A DNA stretch of 58,074 bases, filler included, from Sphacelaria rigidula (lineage: Eukaryota): the NCBI GenBank assembly GCA_964200075.2. It is 7 parts of 7 records of this genome, joined end to end, with 100 filler letters (N's around TTAATTAATTAA, not from the genome) between each part and the next. Parts side by side here need not be neighbours in the genome. Positions count along the whole stretch, not along the records: positions 8,312 to 16,522 come from CAXNAA020011905.1; positions 16,623 to 24,833 come from CAXNAA020011906.1; positions 24,934 to 33,144 come from CAXNAA020011907.1; 4 more parts are not named here. One strand, 5' to 3'. The first letter of the stretch is position 1, and the number at the start of each line of letters is the position of its first letter. Positions 12,836-25,025 of this stretch are shown piece after piece. Both the position numbers and the translations under genes were made by a program. Below the pieces are notes generated by a model. It made no database searches. It saw only the letters and a program-made list of their open reading frames with translations, and was not told where the DNA came from.

Positions 12836-14339
12836 CCCGTCTGCACTCTCCACAACAGCTCCCACTTCGTCAAGCGCTTCACTGTGTTGTTGACAGCGAT
12901 GCCTCGCTTCTCAAGCCACCTCAGCCCTGTAGTATATTATTCCAACCCCGCGCTTTCACTTCTCCGCTCTACCAACATTCCAACATCGGCGGCATCTTGC
13001 TTTTTCGCAACTTACGCTGACAAGCGAGATTGGGTCACACATGTTGAACCGTTGCGACTCGTTCGCAATTGGGGGGGGGGTAATATCGTCCCGGACCCCG
13101 AGCTATCGATGCCAACCGACACCACTCACACAAACTGTTTCTGGAGACGCCAGGAAAACTGATTGTGGATGACAAAAAAAGCCCCTACCGGGCACTCCGG
13201 GGTACGGGGAAGGGGGGGGGGTCTGGCGGGGGAAAGTACAATGACATTCGACACGGTGGGGTAAAGGGAAATAAACCGACGTTTTGGTTTTTCACACACG
13301 CAGGCCGTCTTCTCGAACATGTGTGTACCGTAACTACAACCCCCTCCCGAGCAAGGGTCTTTTGACCCCGCATTATTTCACCTACTACTACGTTATACGC
13401 ACCCCCTATCCCGTCAGGGTTAATTCCAGTTACTTTCATGGGCTCTTTCATTTTCAACCAAAGATGTAAAAAAATCGCCTTGCTGCCTTTCACAATCTCA
13501 TCACACAGTAACGGCAACAGCAGGGAAAGCCTCCAACAACACCATCACCACCAGAAACATGGGAATCATATCCACAGCGCGATCGAACCGTGGTGTGCAC
13601 TGGGCACTATCGCGAATGACACCATATTCCAACTTTGAAGAATAATGGCAAACGCGCAAAAATGTAGAGTATATGTTCATATAAATATACCCCGTACTAT
13701 GTCGTCCGACACGGACCCCATGGAATAAAGGGGGTAAAACAGGGTGTCCTGGCATGTCAACAAGACACACAACACTCGTTTTTAGTGCACATGCCCTGGT
13801 GTTGAACAAAAGGCTTGGGCCCCATGAAAAAAATAAACGCATGGTGTCCCACTCACCACGTCCATTGGGCCAAGCCGAGACACGTCGCATGAGCAACACA
13901 AAAACAAGGGGATCGTGATGACCTCTCGAAAAGAGATTGTCTGATTCCCGAACTTATAGGATGTCAATTCAATATCTGACTGCATGTCTATTCCCCGTCG
14001 TCGAATTTCCTACTCAAGATATCTTGAGGATAGTGCGCGATCGTGTCATGTTGTGTGTTCGTCCACTTGAGCAACGACGGTCACCTATACGAAGCACATT
14101 TAACAGCGACAACTGCGCAGTAACGAATAGATTTCCATGTGCTTCCAGGAGTATACAGTGGTTGTTAGGGAGAAAGTGAAGTGCTGCTGTTGGCTCGCTC
14201 TGTACAGGAACAAAAATTGAACATTGATTGGTACGGTGCATGGATCACTTTGACATAGCCCCCATAGTTTCCTCCGCGAACGGGCATCTTCGAACGTAAT
14301 AAAAACAACCAATATACCCCTTACCCCCCGCCCCCCCCC

Positions 14340-14548
14340 ATGTAAGAGGGCGAGACGGGACGAGGGTAAGATACGTATGCGGTTTCTGTGTAGTGTATGG
14401 GAAAAAACATTGGGTGATGAGTACCTCAACGTTGGAGGTGTCTCCATGAGAAGTAGGAATGGTGCTCCGCCTCGAAAGGGATGCGCGATCAATGGTCAAA
14501 CAACTGAGGCAAGCAACGAATGAGTACGCCCCCGTACCTCCTCCCCCA
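14340..14548 (+). repeat. Fragment of the same high-copy repeat (ATGGTGCTCCG(T/C)CTCGAAAGGGATGCG...GCAAGCAAC(A/G)AATGAGTACGCCCCC end)
   Basis: Homologous segments at ~49680-49755 (-) and ~51590-51780 (-). Confidence 0.8.
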
Positions 14549-15400
14549 AGAAAAGCATTGCCCGAAACAAAAGCGGGGGCTGACGCCGTACAAATCACGA
14601 CACATTCCTACTCAAAGCGCCCCGACTCAGCAATATTTGGTGATTTCGCCCGCATGAAATCCACACCACAAATGGAGAGACGACCCCTCGGCCGCTATGA
14701 GTCCATGGCTGTTCCGCGGGTGCATAACTGGAGACGACGTGATGATAGCCGCTTTGGTTGCAACAGTATACAACAGTACAAGAGGGGCTGTGAAACCATA
14801 AACACACCCACATGCTGTTATTTCGGCCGATGCGCGCAAACGGAAGAGAGCTCGCCGGTAAGAGTGTCTGGACTACCGACGTTGAAGGGCCGCCAGCGAT
14901 ATAGTTCCGCACGAATATCTGATGCCCAGAAGGAGAAGTGAACACCATATCCACTATATTGAAAAAATTCAACCACGCAGGGGCGTCGGATATCTGTTGC
15001 CCCTTCCACAGCCAGGGTATGTAACTCATTGACTCGGCATCATTTTCGCTCGAAAGACGAGTGTACGGACCATCCTCGCAGTCAAGGGATCACATCGGCA
15101 TCCTTGTTCACTCGAGAAAAGTACGTTACTCATCAGGTATGATACTCTCCAAGATATTTATATACTTATTTTACATTATTCAGACACCCCCCCATAATAA
15201 GTCACGGCCCTACCAGCGACTTGGGTGCTCGGGTCTCTACGGGGTCCGAATCTTCGGTCACGACAAGGTGCGAGTACACCCTCATGAGACCCGCAAAAAA
15301 AATCAAATATTTGCAAAGCGAACTTAACATCAGTGCGACTATGCGTGTATCCGCATGCCCACTTGTCACTGAGGCGGTGTCTCATCAAAGTGATCTCGAC

Positions 15401-15534
15401 TCGAAAACGTACGGTGGGATCGAATTCACTCGTTTCTGATTCATCCACGGCATGCATTTTGTTCACCATTTGAGAAAAAAAACAGCGTGGAGGAATCAGA
15501 AACGAGCGAATTCGATTCGACCGCACGTTTTCGA
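15401..15534. mobile_element. Palindromic MITE core
   Basis: Arms TCGAAAACGTACGGT...CTGATTCATCCACG (15401-15449) and CGTGGAGGAATCAG...CGTTTTCGA (15486-15534) are imperfect inverted repeats. A homologue lies at ~26668-26800. Confidence 0.75.
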
Positions 15535-16522
15535 CACGAAAACAAATTGAAAATATACGGCCTGACCAGTCATTTTGTGGCGAATACTGTACGCATGCGT
15601 TTCTTCACCCCCGAAGCCGTTGTACCGCAAAAGAGGATCATCATGAGACTACCGAACAATGTATGTTGAGCTTTTCCGCAGGCGGTTATCCGAAACAAAC
15701 CGAGAATTTACCCATCCCGTATCGAACCGCAGCCGACGGTCTGCAACCTCCTGACTGCGGGCCCCACCGTAAGTCACCTTAGATTTACCAGAATAGATAG
15801 ACTTGGGTTTCAGAATATTTATTTCTCAAGTGACACGACACGCCCAAGTAAATATATACCAGCACATGAAAGTCGAACAGTGGCGTACAAGTCAATGCTG
15901 GAAAACCCCTGACCGGTTTTGAGCCGTAGGTCGAGTGCATGTACGTATGTCTTCGGTGAGCTGCTTCCGTGGGGAATCGGCTTTCGTGCTTTCTCCGCGA
16001 GGGAGTGGGGGCACGTAGGCAACCAGTGCTGCCGCGATACTAGTGAAGTCCAACAAACGTACCCACTCTTCCTTTGCTTCCGGGGTCTTCGTACCCATGC
16101 ATTACTGCTTATGGCGCTGTGCCGTACACAACAGGCGTTCTTCATCAGCGGATGACGGTATAAAACAAATCATCAGCGTGCCATCGCTTTGCACTGAACA
16201 GGCAGTTCTGCTGCATGTTGTCCATATCTCCGCTCAGTGTCCTACAAAACACTCACAAGAGTGTGCAGCTATATACTGTAGTGCTGAGCCCCCAAACTGT
16301 TTTTTGTTCGAAAAGGTATTTTTCTCGCCACCACGCTTATTTAGAACTAGAAAGTGCTAGCGTCGATAGATTTTGGTAAAAGATATAGTTCGTCTTCCCC
16401 CCACCCATGGCCGAAGTTAGTACTAGTTGGTTTTATCGGACGATACGAGTAGATTCCCCGTTTATCGGGAGGGTGTTATTGACCGTGAAACACAGTATCT
16501 CGGCTTCAGTGCAATGAGTGTG

Positions 16523-16622
16523 NNNNNNNNNNNNNNNNNNNNNNNNNNNNNNNNNNNNNNNNNNNNTTAATTAATTAANNNNNNNNNNNNNNNNNNNNNN
16601 NNNNNNNNNNNNNNNNNNNNNN
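16523..16622. other. Artificial contig linker
   Basis: N44-TTAATTAATTAA-N44. Confidence 0.99.
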
Positions 16623-17259
16623 ACATACACCGAAAGGTGTAGACTGGTGCCCAGAATAAATGGGACAACACACACACACACTGTACTGCAGCACGCACTC
16701 ACGGCTCTCTCATGTGCTGCACCTATCACTGCACTGTCGTGTGTTTAGACCTTGCAATAATTGTCTGGTCTCTGCTGGATTACGTGTTCCGAATAACTGC
16801 AGTCGGCACGCAGTGCTGTCTCGTCGAAGTTGAAAGTGCTCTACAATATGAACTTGTTGGATGTTGTGTCTTAGGTCCTTGGTGCGCAGACCCAGCATTC
16901 CTCTCCTGTACCTGACACGGTAGTGTGGTGTGTTGGAACTCTGCAAAGACGGTTTGATCTGCGCTGAGGATCGCGTGAACTGCTGTACTGTTGTCGTGTC
17001 CCGTTCGGTACACAAGTCCACACAGTGCCAAAAGCGTCACCATCATGGTGTGTTGGATGGGTTGTGTCGTCTGTAAGACTAATATAGCTCGGACGAATCA
17101 AATCTTGATTCGACTCATACTCAATCAACGATTGGACGAATCAATCACACGATACGTATACAACTTGTGATTTGTACATGTTCTGGGTTCGTGATTCGTA
17201 CGACACTACTTGAAGTGTACATATTTCCAGGTCGTGATTCGTGCAGTACACTGTCGAAG

Positions 17260-17660
17260 ATACACGTTTCCCACCTGTCATGCGTATGGTGTGGCTCATC
17301 GGTACATGTTTCCCAAATTTTTATTGATTCAGCATGAGTCATAGGCACACGCTCCCCACCTTCCATTTATACGAGGTGAATCAAGCGTACATGGTTTCCA
17401 ATTTCCGTTCATGCAGCATAAAATCATACATGCATGCTTCCTGCCTTCCATTCGCACGAGATGGATCAAGCGTACATGTTTCCCAACTTCCATTCATGCA
17501 GCATAAATCATACATCCATGCTTCCTACCTTCCATTCGTACGAGATGGATCATGTGTATACGTGTACCACTCTTCATTTATGGAGCATGACTCATACGTA
17601 CATGTTCTCTGAATTTTGTTCACATGATATCAATAAGAACGTGTTGTTTCCCACCTGTAA
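17260..17660 (+). repeat. 42-bp tandem repeat array with alternating A/B monomers
   Basis: The conceptual translation repeats every 14 aa and alternates HS(Y/H)E(V/M)(N/D)QAYMFPNF with HSCSINHT(Y/S)M(F/L)PTF. Confidence 0.85.
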
Positions 17661-17929
17661 TTTCATGGGGCGTGACTCTTCGGTTGCGCGGCTTTTTTGC
17701 AGCTTGGATGGGCACATACGAGTGTACAGGTCGCGATACCCTTGACAACCGAATCCGCAATAAACCCATGTTGAACTTTGTATTCCCACATAATACATCA
17801 ACTATCGAGAAAAGCATTCTGCGTCCCCAGAGCGGTTTTTCTAGCCAGCTGTTTTTCCGAGCGATGCTTTTGATGGCCTTCGTGATTTCATGTTGTGTTC
17901 TGTGCTACAGTCGACCTGAACATACTATA

Positions 17930-18500
17930 CTTCCTCTGTCTCATAAGTCTGTGCAGTTATGTTTATATGAGCCCTTAACGATGTCCGATTTGATTTTCGA
18001 TTTTTTGGCCGCATTTGTTGGCATTTTTTGAGCTAAAAGCAATACTCTTTCTGCAACATGGGTGCTTGACCCGTGCAGACTGGCGACCGAGAAAAAGTGA
18101 GTCGGTCAAAAATTGGGCATTTTTCGCTTTTTTCCCCAGTGAAGCACAAAATCGTGAAATAAATGTGAAAACCGCAAAACTACCACTGATTTGATATCTC
18201 CATGACGTTAACCTACGCACGTCCCATCTGACAATTTCTCAGCATGTGACCGCTAGTGCTCGACGTAAAAACGTCCAAAATCGGTCAATATTGGAGTATA
18301 AGTGGACCAAAAAGGGCCAAAATGGGGTATATTTTGAACTAAAATTAGTATTGAAAACCAGTTTTTTTTCCCCTTTTTCTTTAGTCACATTCGTCTACGC
18401 GTTATCTCTCTAACGAACCCAATCACAGGATGATCGTCAGCGTTGAAATACCCAAACAATCAAACGTCCATAACTGCACAGACTTGTGAGACAGAGGAAG
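17930..18500. mobile_element. Stowaway-like (Tc1/mariner-derived) MITE, 571 bp
   Basis: 32-bp TIRs CTTCCTCTGTCTCATAAGTCTGTGCAGTTATG (17930-17961 / 18469-18500, 31/32 complementary) with TA on both sides (17928-17929, 18501-18502). The TIR resembles the Stowaway CTCCCTCCGT consensus. Confidence 0.85.
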
Positions 18501-18984
18501 TATACACCACCACGAGGACATGCGAAGAATACAGCACCAGCACAAGTCGTCCTCCCATGCTTGCGGGAGTTTTCGGAAAACCTCTGGCAGCGTACACTGC
18601 AGTCCGCGGACAGTACGGTACAACATGGCACAGCACGCATCTGCGCGCCTAGAGTAATTCTTTTAGCTGTTTATTTTCCCGGGCTAATCTATTGCCGGCG
18701 TTTCTGCTTTTCATGCTTTGTTCTTCGGTACAGTTGAGCTGAATATATAAAACAGTGCAAAGTCAGCTCCAGACAGCGCCGGTGATGCAAGAATCGTCCC
18801 CGCGTGTTCGCGTAAGTTTCTGGAAACACCCCGGCAGCGCCCGCTGCAGTCAACGGAGAGTAACGCACAGCACAGCACAGCACAGTACTGTACAGCAGGC
18901 AGCAGACGACAGTAGTACGAAACCTTCCATTCATGTGGCACATGATCACAGGTACAGCACATGCTTTATTCCTGCCCTTTGATT

Positions 18985-19370
18985 CATACACGATGAATCA
19001 TGTGATTCATGCAAATATTTTCCACCCTGCGTTCGTGAGAATGAATCACAGATATGTTTCCCACCTCTTATTTATACGAGGTGAATCAAGCGCACATGTA
19101 TCTCCCCTTTCATCCATGGAGCACGAATCATGGCCACAAGCTCCTCACCTTTCATTCATACGAGGTGAATCACAGGTACGTGTTTCCCAATTTTCGTTTG
19201 TGCAGCATGACTCATTTGTACATGTTCTCCGCTTTCCATTCATACGAGGTGAATCAAGCGTATGTGTTTCCCAATCTCCGTTCACGTAGCATTAATCATA
19301 CGTACATGTTCCCCACCTTCGATTCATTCGAGACGAATCAAGTGTACATGTTTCCCACCCATCCTTCATA
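18985..19370 (+). repeat. Second 42-bp tandem repeat array, same family and orientation
   Basis: Same 14-aa-periodic conceptual translation (FHSYEVNQAYVFPNL / RSRSINHTYMFPTF). Confidence 0.85.
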
Positions 19371-20099
19371 CAAGGATTGCGATTCGTACAATTTTTGCTC
19401 CTTTGATTCGTCTGATACTACTTGAAGTGTACACATTCCCAGCTCGTGATTCGCGCGGTATGACCTTGCATGTACAACTCTACCATCCGTGATTCATACC
19501 GCATGACTCTTTGGTACATGATTCGCATCCAACATTCGTGGGGAGTCGGGCCGTATCAAATGTGATTGATCCGAACCGTGCAACACATTACTCGCTGACC
19601 CTAGGTGTGTAGTCCTTGGCTGGCTAATGCTGATTTGCAAGGTACCGTATTTTGTTGCGTTGATTTCTCTAGGAAGTGTTTGGTTCGGAGGAACGAAAAA
19701 AAGTGCTGCTTTGCAAAGGGCCCCGCGAGAGAAAAGTACCGGGATCGTTTGAATTTACAGTATTTTCATCCTAGAAACAGCGATTCGTGCCCACATCGAT
19801 CATTTGTATGCTGTAGTTGTCGTTATACTGACTGTAGTGCGCTTGAACCTTACGGACACGGTTTGATCTACGCTGGTCATTGCCCAAGATTCTGTACTGC
19901 CGCTGGTCCGGTCTGACCAGAAATGGGATGGGAACAAAATGCTTTTGACACGCAGTTGGAAAAGTCGCGTGATGATGCAGCCGTTATGTCTTCCTTGAGT
20001 GCTATTGAGTGCTATTGTACAGGTGCGCAACTCCTAGGTCACGTCAAATTAAAAAAATATGTACAAGTCCAACTTTGTGCCACGAAAGTGTTTCGGGAA

Positions 20100-20700
20100 C
20101 AAGGCAAAAGTGGGTACAATCCCCGTTATTTCAGCCATAATGTAGGTATAGGTGACCGCACAAGTTGGAGTTGTCCGTGCTAGGCCCAAACCACTCAAAA
20201 TTCAACCCCCACGCGAAGACAAGGCGTTCACGGCCCATAGAGAGCAAGCACACTAGCTTCCGCGAAGAAAGAGCGCGGTTGTACGGCGGAACAGCGCCGC
20301 GGGAAACAAGGGCCTTGCAGAGTACCCTATCTTGTTCAACAACCGGGGTAGGTGTACCAAGCAAACACCACTAAGTTTGTATTGTACCTCATTTTCTCTA
20401 GTTATGCCTCATATTATGTCCCAAGTGTACCTCTTTTTGACCAATATGGACCTTCCACGGCAGCCGTCCAACCTAGCGCACGACACAAAGTCGACTGGAC
20501 GAAGAACTTCTCCCACCCTTCATTGTACCTCTTTGTATGGCCTAGAGACGTAAGAGCCCACGCTTCTTTTTATCTCTTTATACGGCCGGGGGACACAAGA
20601 GCCCACGCTTCTTTCCCCCCCCTTTTGGCGGCCCGGAGACGCGAGAGATCACGCGTATTTTCACCTATTTCTGCAGCCTCGAGTCGCAAGCGCCCAAGTT
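20100..20700 (+). repeat. Left arm of ~500-600 bp inverted repeat pair
   Basis: Colinear reverse-complement similarity to ~22170-22673, e.g. TATTTCAGCCATAATGTAGGT...GTCCGTGCTAGGCC..ACCACTCAAA..TCAACCCCCACGCGAAG. Short GGCC.(A/G)GAGAC..AAGAGCCCACGCTTCTTT subrepeats lie at the inner end. Confidence 0.8.
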
Positions 20701-22169
20701 CATGTTTGCCTCTTTTTACGGTCTGTAGACTCGAGATCTTTGCGAAGTGATCGACACACCGCGCGACCGTTGGTAAGCGGCACAGCAGGCTGCCAAAAAC
20801 GGGACGGGAAAAAAAAGCACAGATTATTAAAATACAATGGCAGGAATGGCCACACCACATCGATAGCGCCACATTCCGCATGCTCTGTGAAGTTAAGTAG
20901 CGGCGGGCCAGGCTAATACTACGGTGGGCGTGGGTGGGACGTGGGACGCCCTGGTGCTGTTCCTTTTAAAGTGCGACAATCAATCAATCAATGGCTGAAT
21001 ACCTCCGTCGCTCAGTCATCGCTTTGGCATTCGGCGCAAGCAGGTCCAAGCAACTTGCCCGGTACGGCGCTGGTAATGTACAAAACAATTGTAGCAGCAG
21101 TAGAGGCACACGAAGTGATCGTGGGGTATAATACATGAAGCGATTATGGAGACGGGAAGACAAGGGTGCAACACCAAGTACTGCGCGAAAACAAATTGGG
21201 GGGATTCGTAGCTGATCCAACTCCAAAGCGCAATAATAATGGCTTTCATTCGATCGAAGCTTCCTGTTTTTATCGACATATGAACCGCCGTAACTTATCA
21301 AGAAGATGACAGAAGCCAAAAGGGAGCAAGAAAGGGAGCGTGCCTGCCCACAACGGCCAGCGACCACTTCGGCTCCCTCAGAGGAAAAAGAACAGAATTT
21401 GAGCAATGCCGCGATAGCCCCCCCCTCCCAGCCTGGCCCGGCGCAAACCCGGCGTGTTACGTCCCGGTTTTGTAGGGACACAACCCCTATGGGATTGTCG
21501 CCAGTTGGCAATGACGCTGTAAAACACGCCTCTCACTGCGTAAGCTACGAAACCAGGTTACCGGTTGTTTTGGCGCGCTTGCGTTTTTTTCGCGGTAACG
21601 ATGATGGTGGTCGAGCTAGATTACATTGTGCGTAAGTGTTTAAATGGTGAGACAGCCATGAGGCAGTGTGTAAGCCGTGGCTGTCTCTAGAAGTGGCGAT
21701 ACCAGAAAATGAAGCAACTCATTGGAGCCTGTCATCCAAATGCAAGGTCATTAGTACGCTTCGGGTCGAATAATCTTGGCAGAATGCAGCTCACCCTTCA
21801 TGCGACTCGCCGAACACATCACGGCGCTTCGCGCTTGGTGGCTGATTGCGAGCCTAGTCCGACAGAAACCCCGCGTGCTCCGTCCCGGCTTTGTAGGGAG
21901 GTGAGGTGAATGGTCATACGGCTGCAACATGCAATATCATGAGTACACCTCCCCCCTCCCTCCCCCAACCAGTCCCAAAACTATGAACTCAAGGACCATT
22001 CAGCGCATGGTAGCTGATTTCCGATGCGTATGAAGCACCTCGCAACGGCGACATTGGCAAGAACGATCCCAATCGTGGGAGTTCCCAGATGGCCGGTGTG
22101 CTCAGCTTTTGTAATTTTGATTGACATGTAGCATTTTTGCGCTGGAACACCGTAGAAAGAGGTGAAAGG

Positions 22170-22673
22170 AACGGGCTCTCACGTCTCCAGGCCGTAGCAA
22201 GAGGTAGAAAGAAGCATGGGCCCTTGCGTCTCTAGGTCGTAAAAATAGGTACAAAGAAGCGTGGGAGATTATCTTGTACTAGGTATTATGTCATGCGCTG
22301 GGTTGGACGGCGGCCGCGGAAGGCCCCTATTGGTCAAATAGAGGTACACTCTGAACATAATATGAGGCAAAATTAGACAAAATTAGGTGCAAGATAAACT
22401 TAGTGGTGTTTGCTGGGTACACCTATCCTCCTTGCTGGACAAAATAGGGTACTCTGCATGGCCCTTATTTCCCGTGGCGCTGTTCGGCCGTGCGACCGCG
22501 CTCTTTTTTCGCGAAAATAGGTGTACATGCTCTGCATGGGCCGTGGGTGCCTTTCCTTCGCGTGGGGGTTGATGTTTGAGTGGTTCTGGCCTAGCACGGA
22601 CAGCTAAAACTTACGCGGTTACCTACACCTACATTATGGCTGAAATAGGGGGGATTGTACCTACTTTTGTCTT
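22170..22673 (-). repeat. Right arm of inverted repeat pair
   Basis: Reverse complement of ~20100-20600. Confidence 0.8.
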
Positions 22674-23207
22674 TTGACCAAGTGTTCTTTTTAGCCCCCG
22701 TTCAGACTCGCGGCAGGCAAAAACGGTGATGAAAGTTTTCACAAAAATAAAACTTTGAACGACTCCCATATGAGTTGGCCTGACCCACTTCGCGATACCA
22801 AAGTTTCAGGCATGCACCACGGGAAGCATGGGTTGATCCCTTGAGACTACGCGACCGTCCCGAGGAACAGGAGCTGAAGACACGGCGAAAGAGTACGATG
22901 CTTATGCTACTGATTTTTCACCCCGTCAGCGACAACCCTTCGACAGCAAGGACAGGTGATCTGTTGAATCGGCATCATTTTGAAGAGTGGTCGGTGCGAT
23001 CCAGATTACCCTCGAGGTTGATCCCTTTGACAGCCAAGGTGTGTCCATCCGTTGAGTCTGCATCGTGTGAACTTGAAAAATGAGTGCCAGATTCAGGTGA
23101 CCATTTCACAGGGCCGAAAGGAACATAACTATTCTTAGACATGAGAACAGTTTTCGAAAAGAAAAGCTTGTCCATCTGGTAAGGAAGCAAGGAAGCACAA
23201 CACTCAC

Positions 23208-24331
23208 TTGTTTAAAGACATCAAGCAAGCCGTCGCTTTCAGGACCTCGCTACAGCTATCCAGCGAACAAGCAGACCCATCGAATCTTGGGCAATTAGGC
23301 GCACCATCACCTTCGTCGCCCCCGTAATGCTCCGCGCCGCCGACAACGCCTGTGGTACTACTGCCGGTGGGAGTACTGCCAGTCTGTGTTTGCAAGAGCA
23401 AATCTAGCAGAGCGAAAGACTTGCCGAAAAGTGAAAGCTTTTTACCACTATCAGGGATATTGAGATATCCCAACTCGCTCTCGGCGAGGTTGTCAGCGCC
23501 TCCTGAGGTGTTGTCGAGCAGGATACGCTTGCCGCCTGGAGTGTCCACCAGCCACTGCAACGACCGAGCTATGCGGACCGTGCAGTCAGCACTTTCTGCT
23601 TCGGAAGCCTTGCTCCTAGAAGCATATGGATCTAGCAACATCGACTCAGCCTCAGAGTATGACACCCCAACCTGCGCATGTACTTTCCCGAGGCCAGACG
23701 CGGTAGCTGCCAACACACCAGAAGCTCCTTCTGTGGCGGTTGCGCATGTTGAAACCCTTGTGGCAGCTGTAGGCAAGATCGTGCTGGTCACCTCCAACGA
23801 CCGATCCAGAAACCTGTCGAAAACGACGAGGACGATATTATCCGTGCTCGTGCTTCCCATTGAAATGGCAGCCTTTTCAGCCGTCAACAAGAGTCCCTTG
23901 ATGGCCTTCCGCAGCGAACCGGTATCGGTGTCCATGTACAACAGCAGGCTGATGAGAAACACAAGGTTCAACTCCTGCCGTTCCGCCGTGCGTGTAACGG
24001 TTTCAACATGATCGGCAGCAGACCAGGCATCTGGTCTTTTTTCATGCGCTGCAGCGATTTTCTGCAATCTAGAACGAAGGCCTTGCAAGCTACGCACCTG
24101 CGCGAAAGGGCCTCCCTCGGAATTTGTAAGCACTCCAAAGACGTCTAGGCGAGGAGAGACCGGCGGCGGCAACGGGTCGGCACCGAGGGCTATGTTGAGG
24201 TGTTTAAACCAAGTTTCGACGACCGTGCGGAGATTGTTGCTGTGGCCATCGCCACCACCTCCTTGTGTGCCGCTATATTCCGGAGCAGGGTGTTGGCTTT
24301 GAGATACTCTTTTTAACTTCTTACGGACCAT
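23208..24331 (-). CDS. Probable first coding exon (~374 codons) of an uncharacterised protein
   Basis: 1.1-kb open frame from ATG 24331 (MVRKKLKRVSQ..., basic NLS-like start) with amphipathic Leu-rich segments. It ends at a consensus donor AA|GTGAGT (23207). Downstream exons were not confidently placed. Confidence 0.65.
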
Positions 24332-24702
24332 TTGTGTGATGAATGAAGAATGCAGCGGGTGCACGCTTCCTCAGGTATGACGACCGACGTACACTTGCCC
24401 GAGCGAGCAGGGAAACAGAACCTGCCAGTAGAGTAGAACCAGTTCAAAAAGACATTTGTGCAGACCTGCCGGTCCGACCAACACCATCCTTGAACCAACC
24501 GCTGCACAACAGAGCCGGCACACCATTTTTGGACCCAGCCGCGCACATCAGAGCCAGGATAGAGCGCACGCGATGGCACATACACCCACAACACCGCAGC
24601 TGACACGCATAAGCACACAGACAAACCACCAGCAGCTAGCGACAAAAGCAACAGCAGCCGCAGTCCAAATATTTACCGTGGAGGAAAATATAATTAAAAC
24701 TG

Positions 24703-24704
<2 letters not shown>

Positions 24705-24765
<61 letters not shown>
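24705..24765. repeat. (GT)n microsatellite
   Basis: About 30 perfect GT units. Confidence 0.95.
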
Positions 24766-24767
<2 letters not shown>

Positions 24768-24833
24768 CCTTTTCGGGATATGTGGGCGCATCAGTCGGGG
24801 TCAGACATGAGGTAGGTCAACACAGGAGCTTTT

Positions 24834-24933
24834 NNNNNNNNNNNNNNNNNNNNNNNNNNNNNNNNNNNNNNNNNNNNTTAATTAATTAANNNNNNNNNNN
24901 NNNNNNNNNNNNNNNNNNNNNNNNNNNNNNNNN
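24834..24933. other. Artificial contig linker
   Basis: N44-TTAATTAATTAA-N44. Confidence 0.99.
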
Positions 24934-25025
24934 CTGAAACGATTCATTCACTGATTGACCGCTTTTCACTCTCAATCGTATCATCTACTCTCAATCTCAC
25001 GAAAACACATATCGTTGTCGACACC

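Larger units (their letters stand above)
17083..19580. mobile_element. Probable non-autonomous DNA transposon (~2.5 kb) with GGACGAATCA-family ends and internal 42-bp tandem arrays
   Basis: Left end CTCGGACGAATCA (17088-17100) and right end TGATTGATCCGAACCGTG (19563-19580) resemble the TIR family at 39436 and 50013-50030. Two internal 42-bp arrays and a direct repeat at 17206-17250/19417-19460. No TSD found. Confidence 0.5.

Noticed and set aside
17260-19370. 42-bp arrays as a CRISPR array or a His-rich repeat protein
   Set aside because: Units are contiguous with no unique spacers and no cas genes are present. Open frames in several phases arise from the 3n unit length.
22874-22895. CTGAAGA...CGAAA as a second hammerhead
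   Set aside because: No pairable stem II (C opposite C) and no stem III or stem I.
23352-24011. 219-aa plus-strand ORF
   Set aside because: Antisense shadow of the longer minus-strand exon, which has a start context and a donor site.
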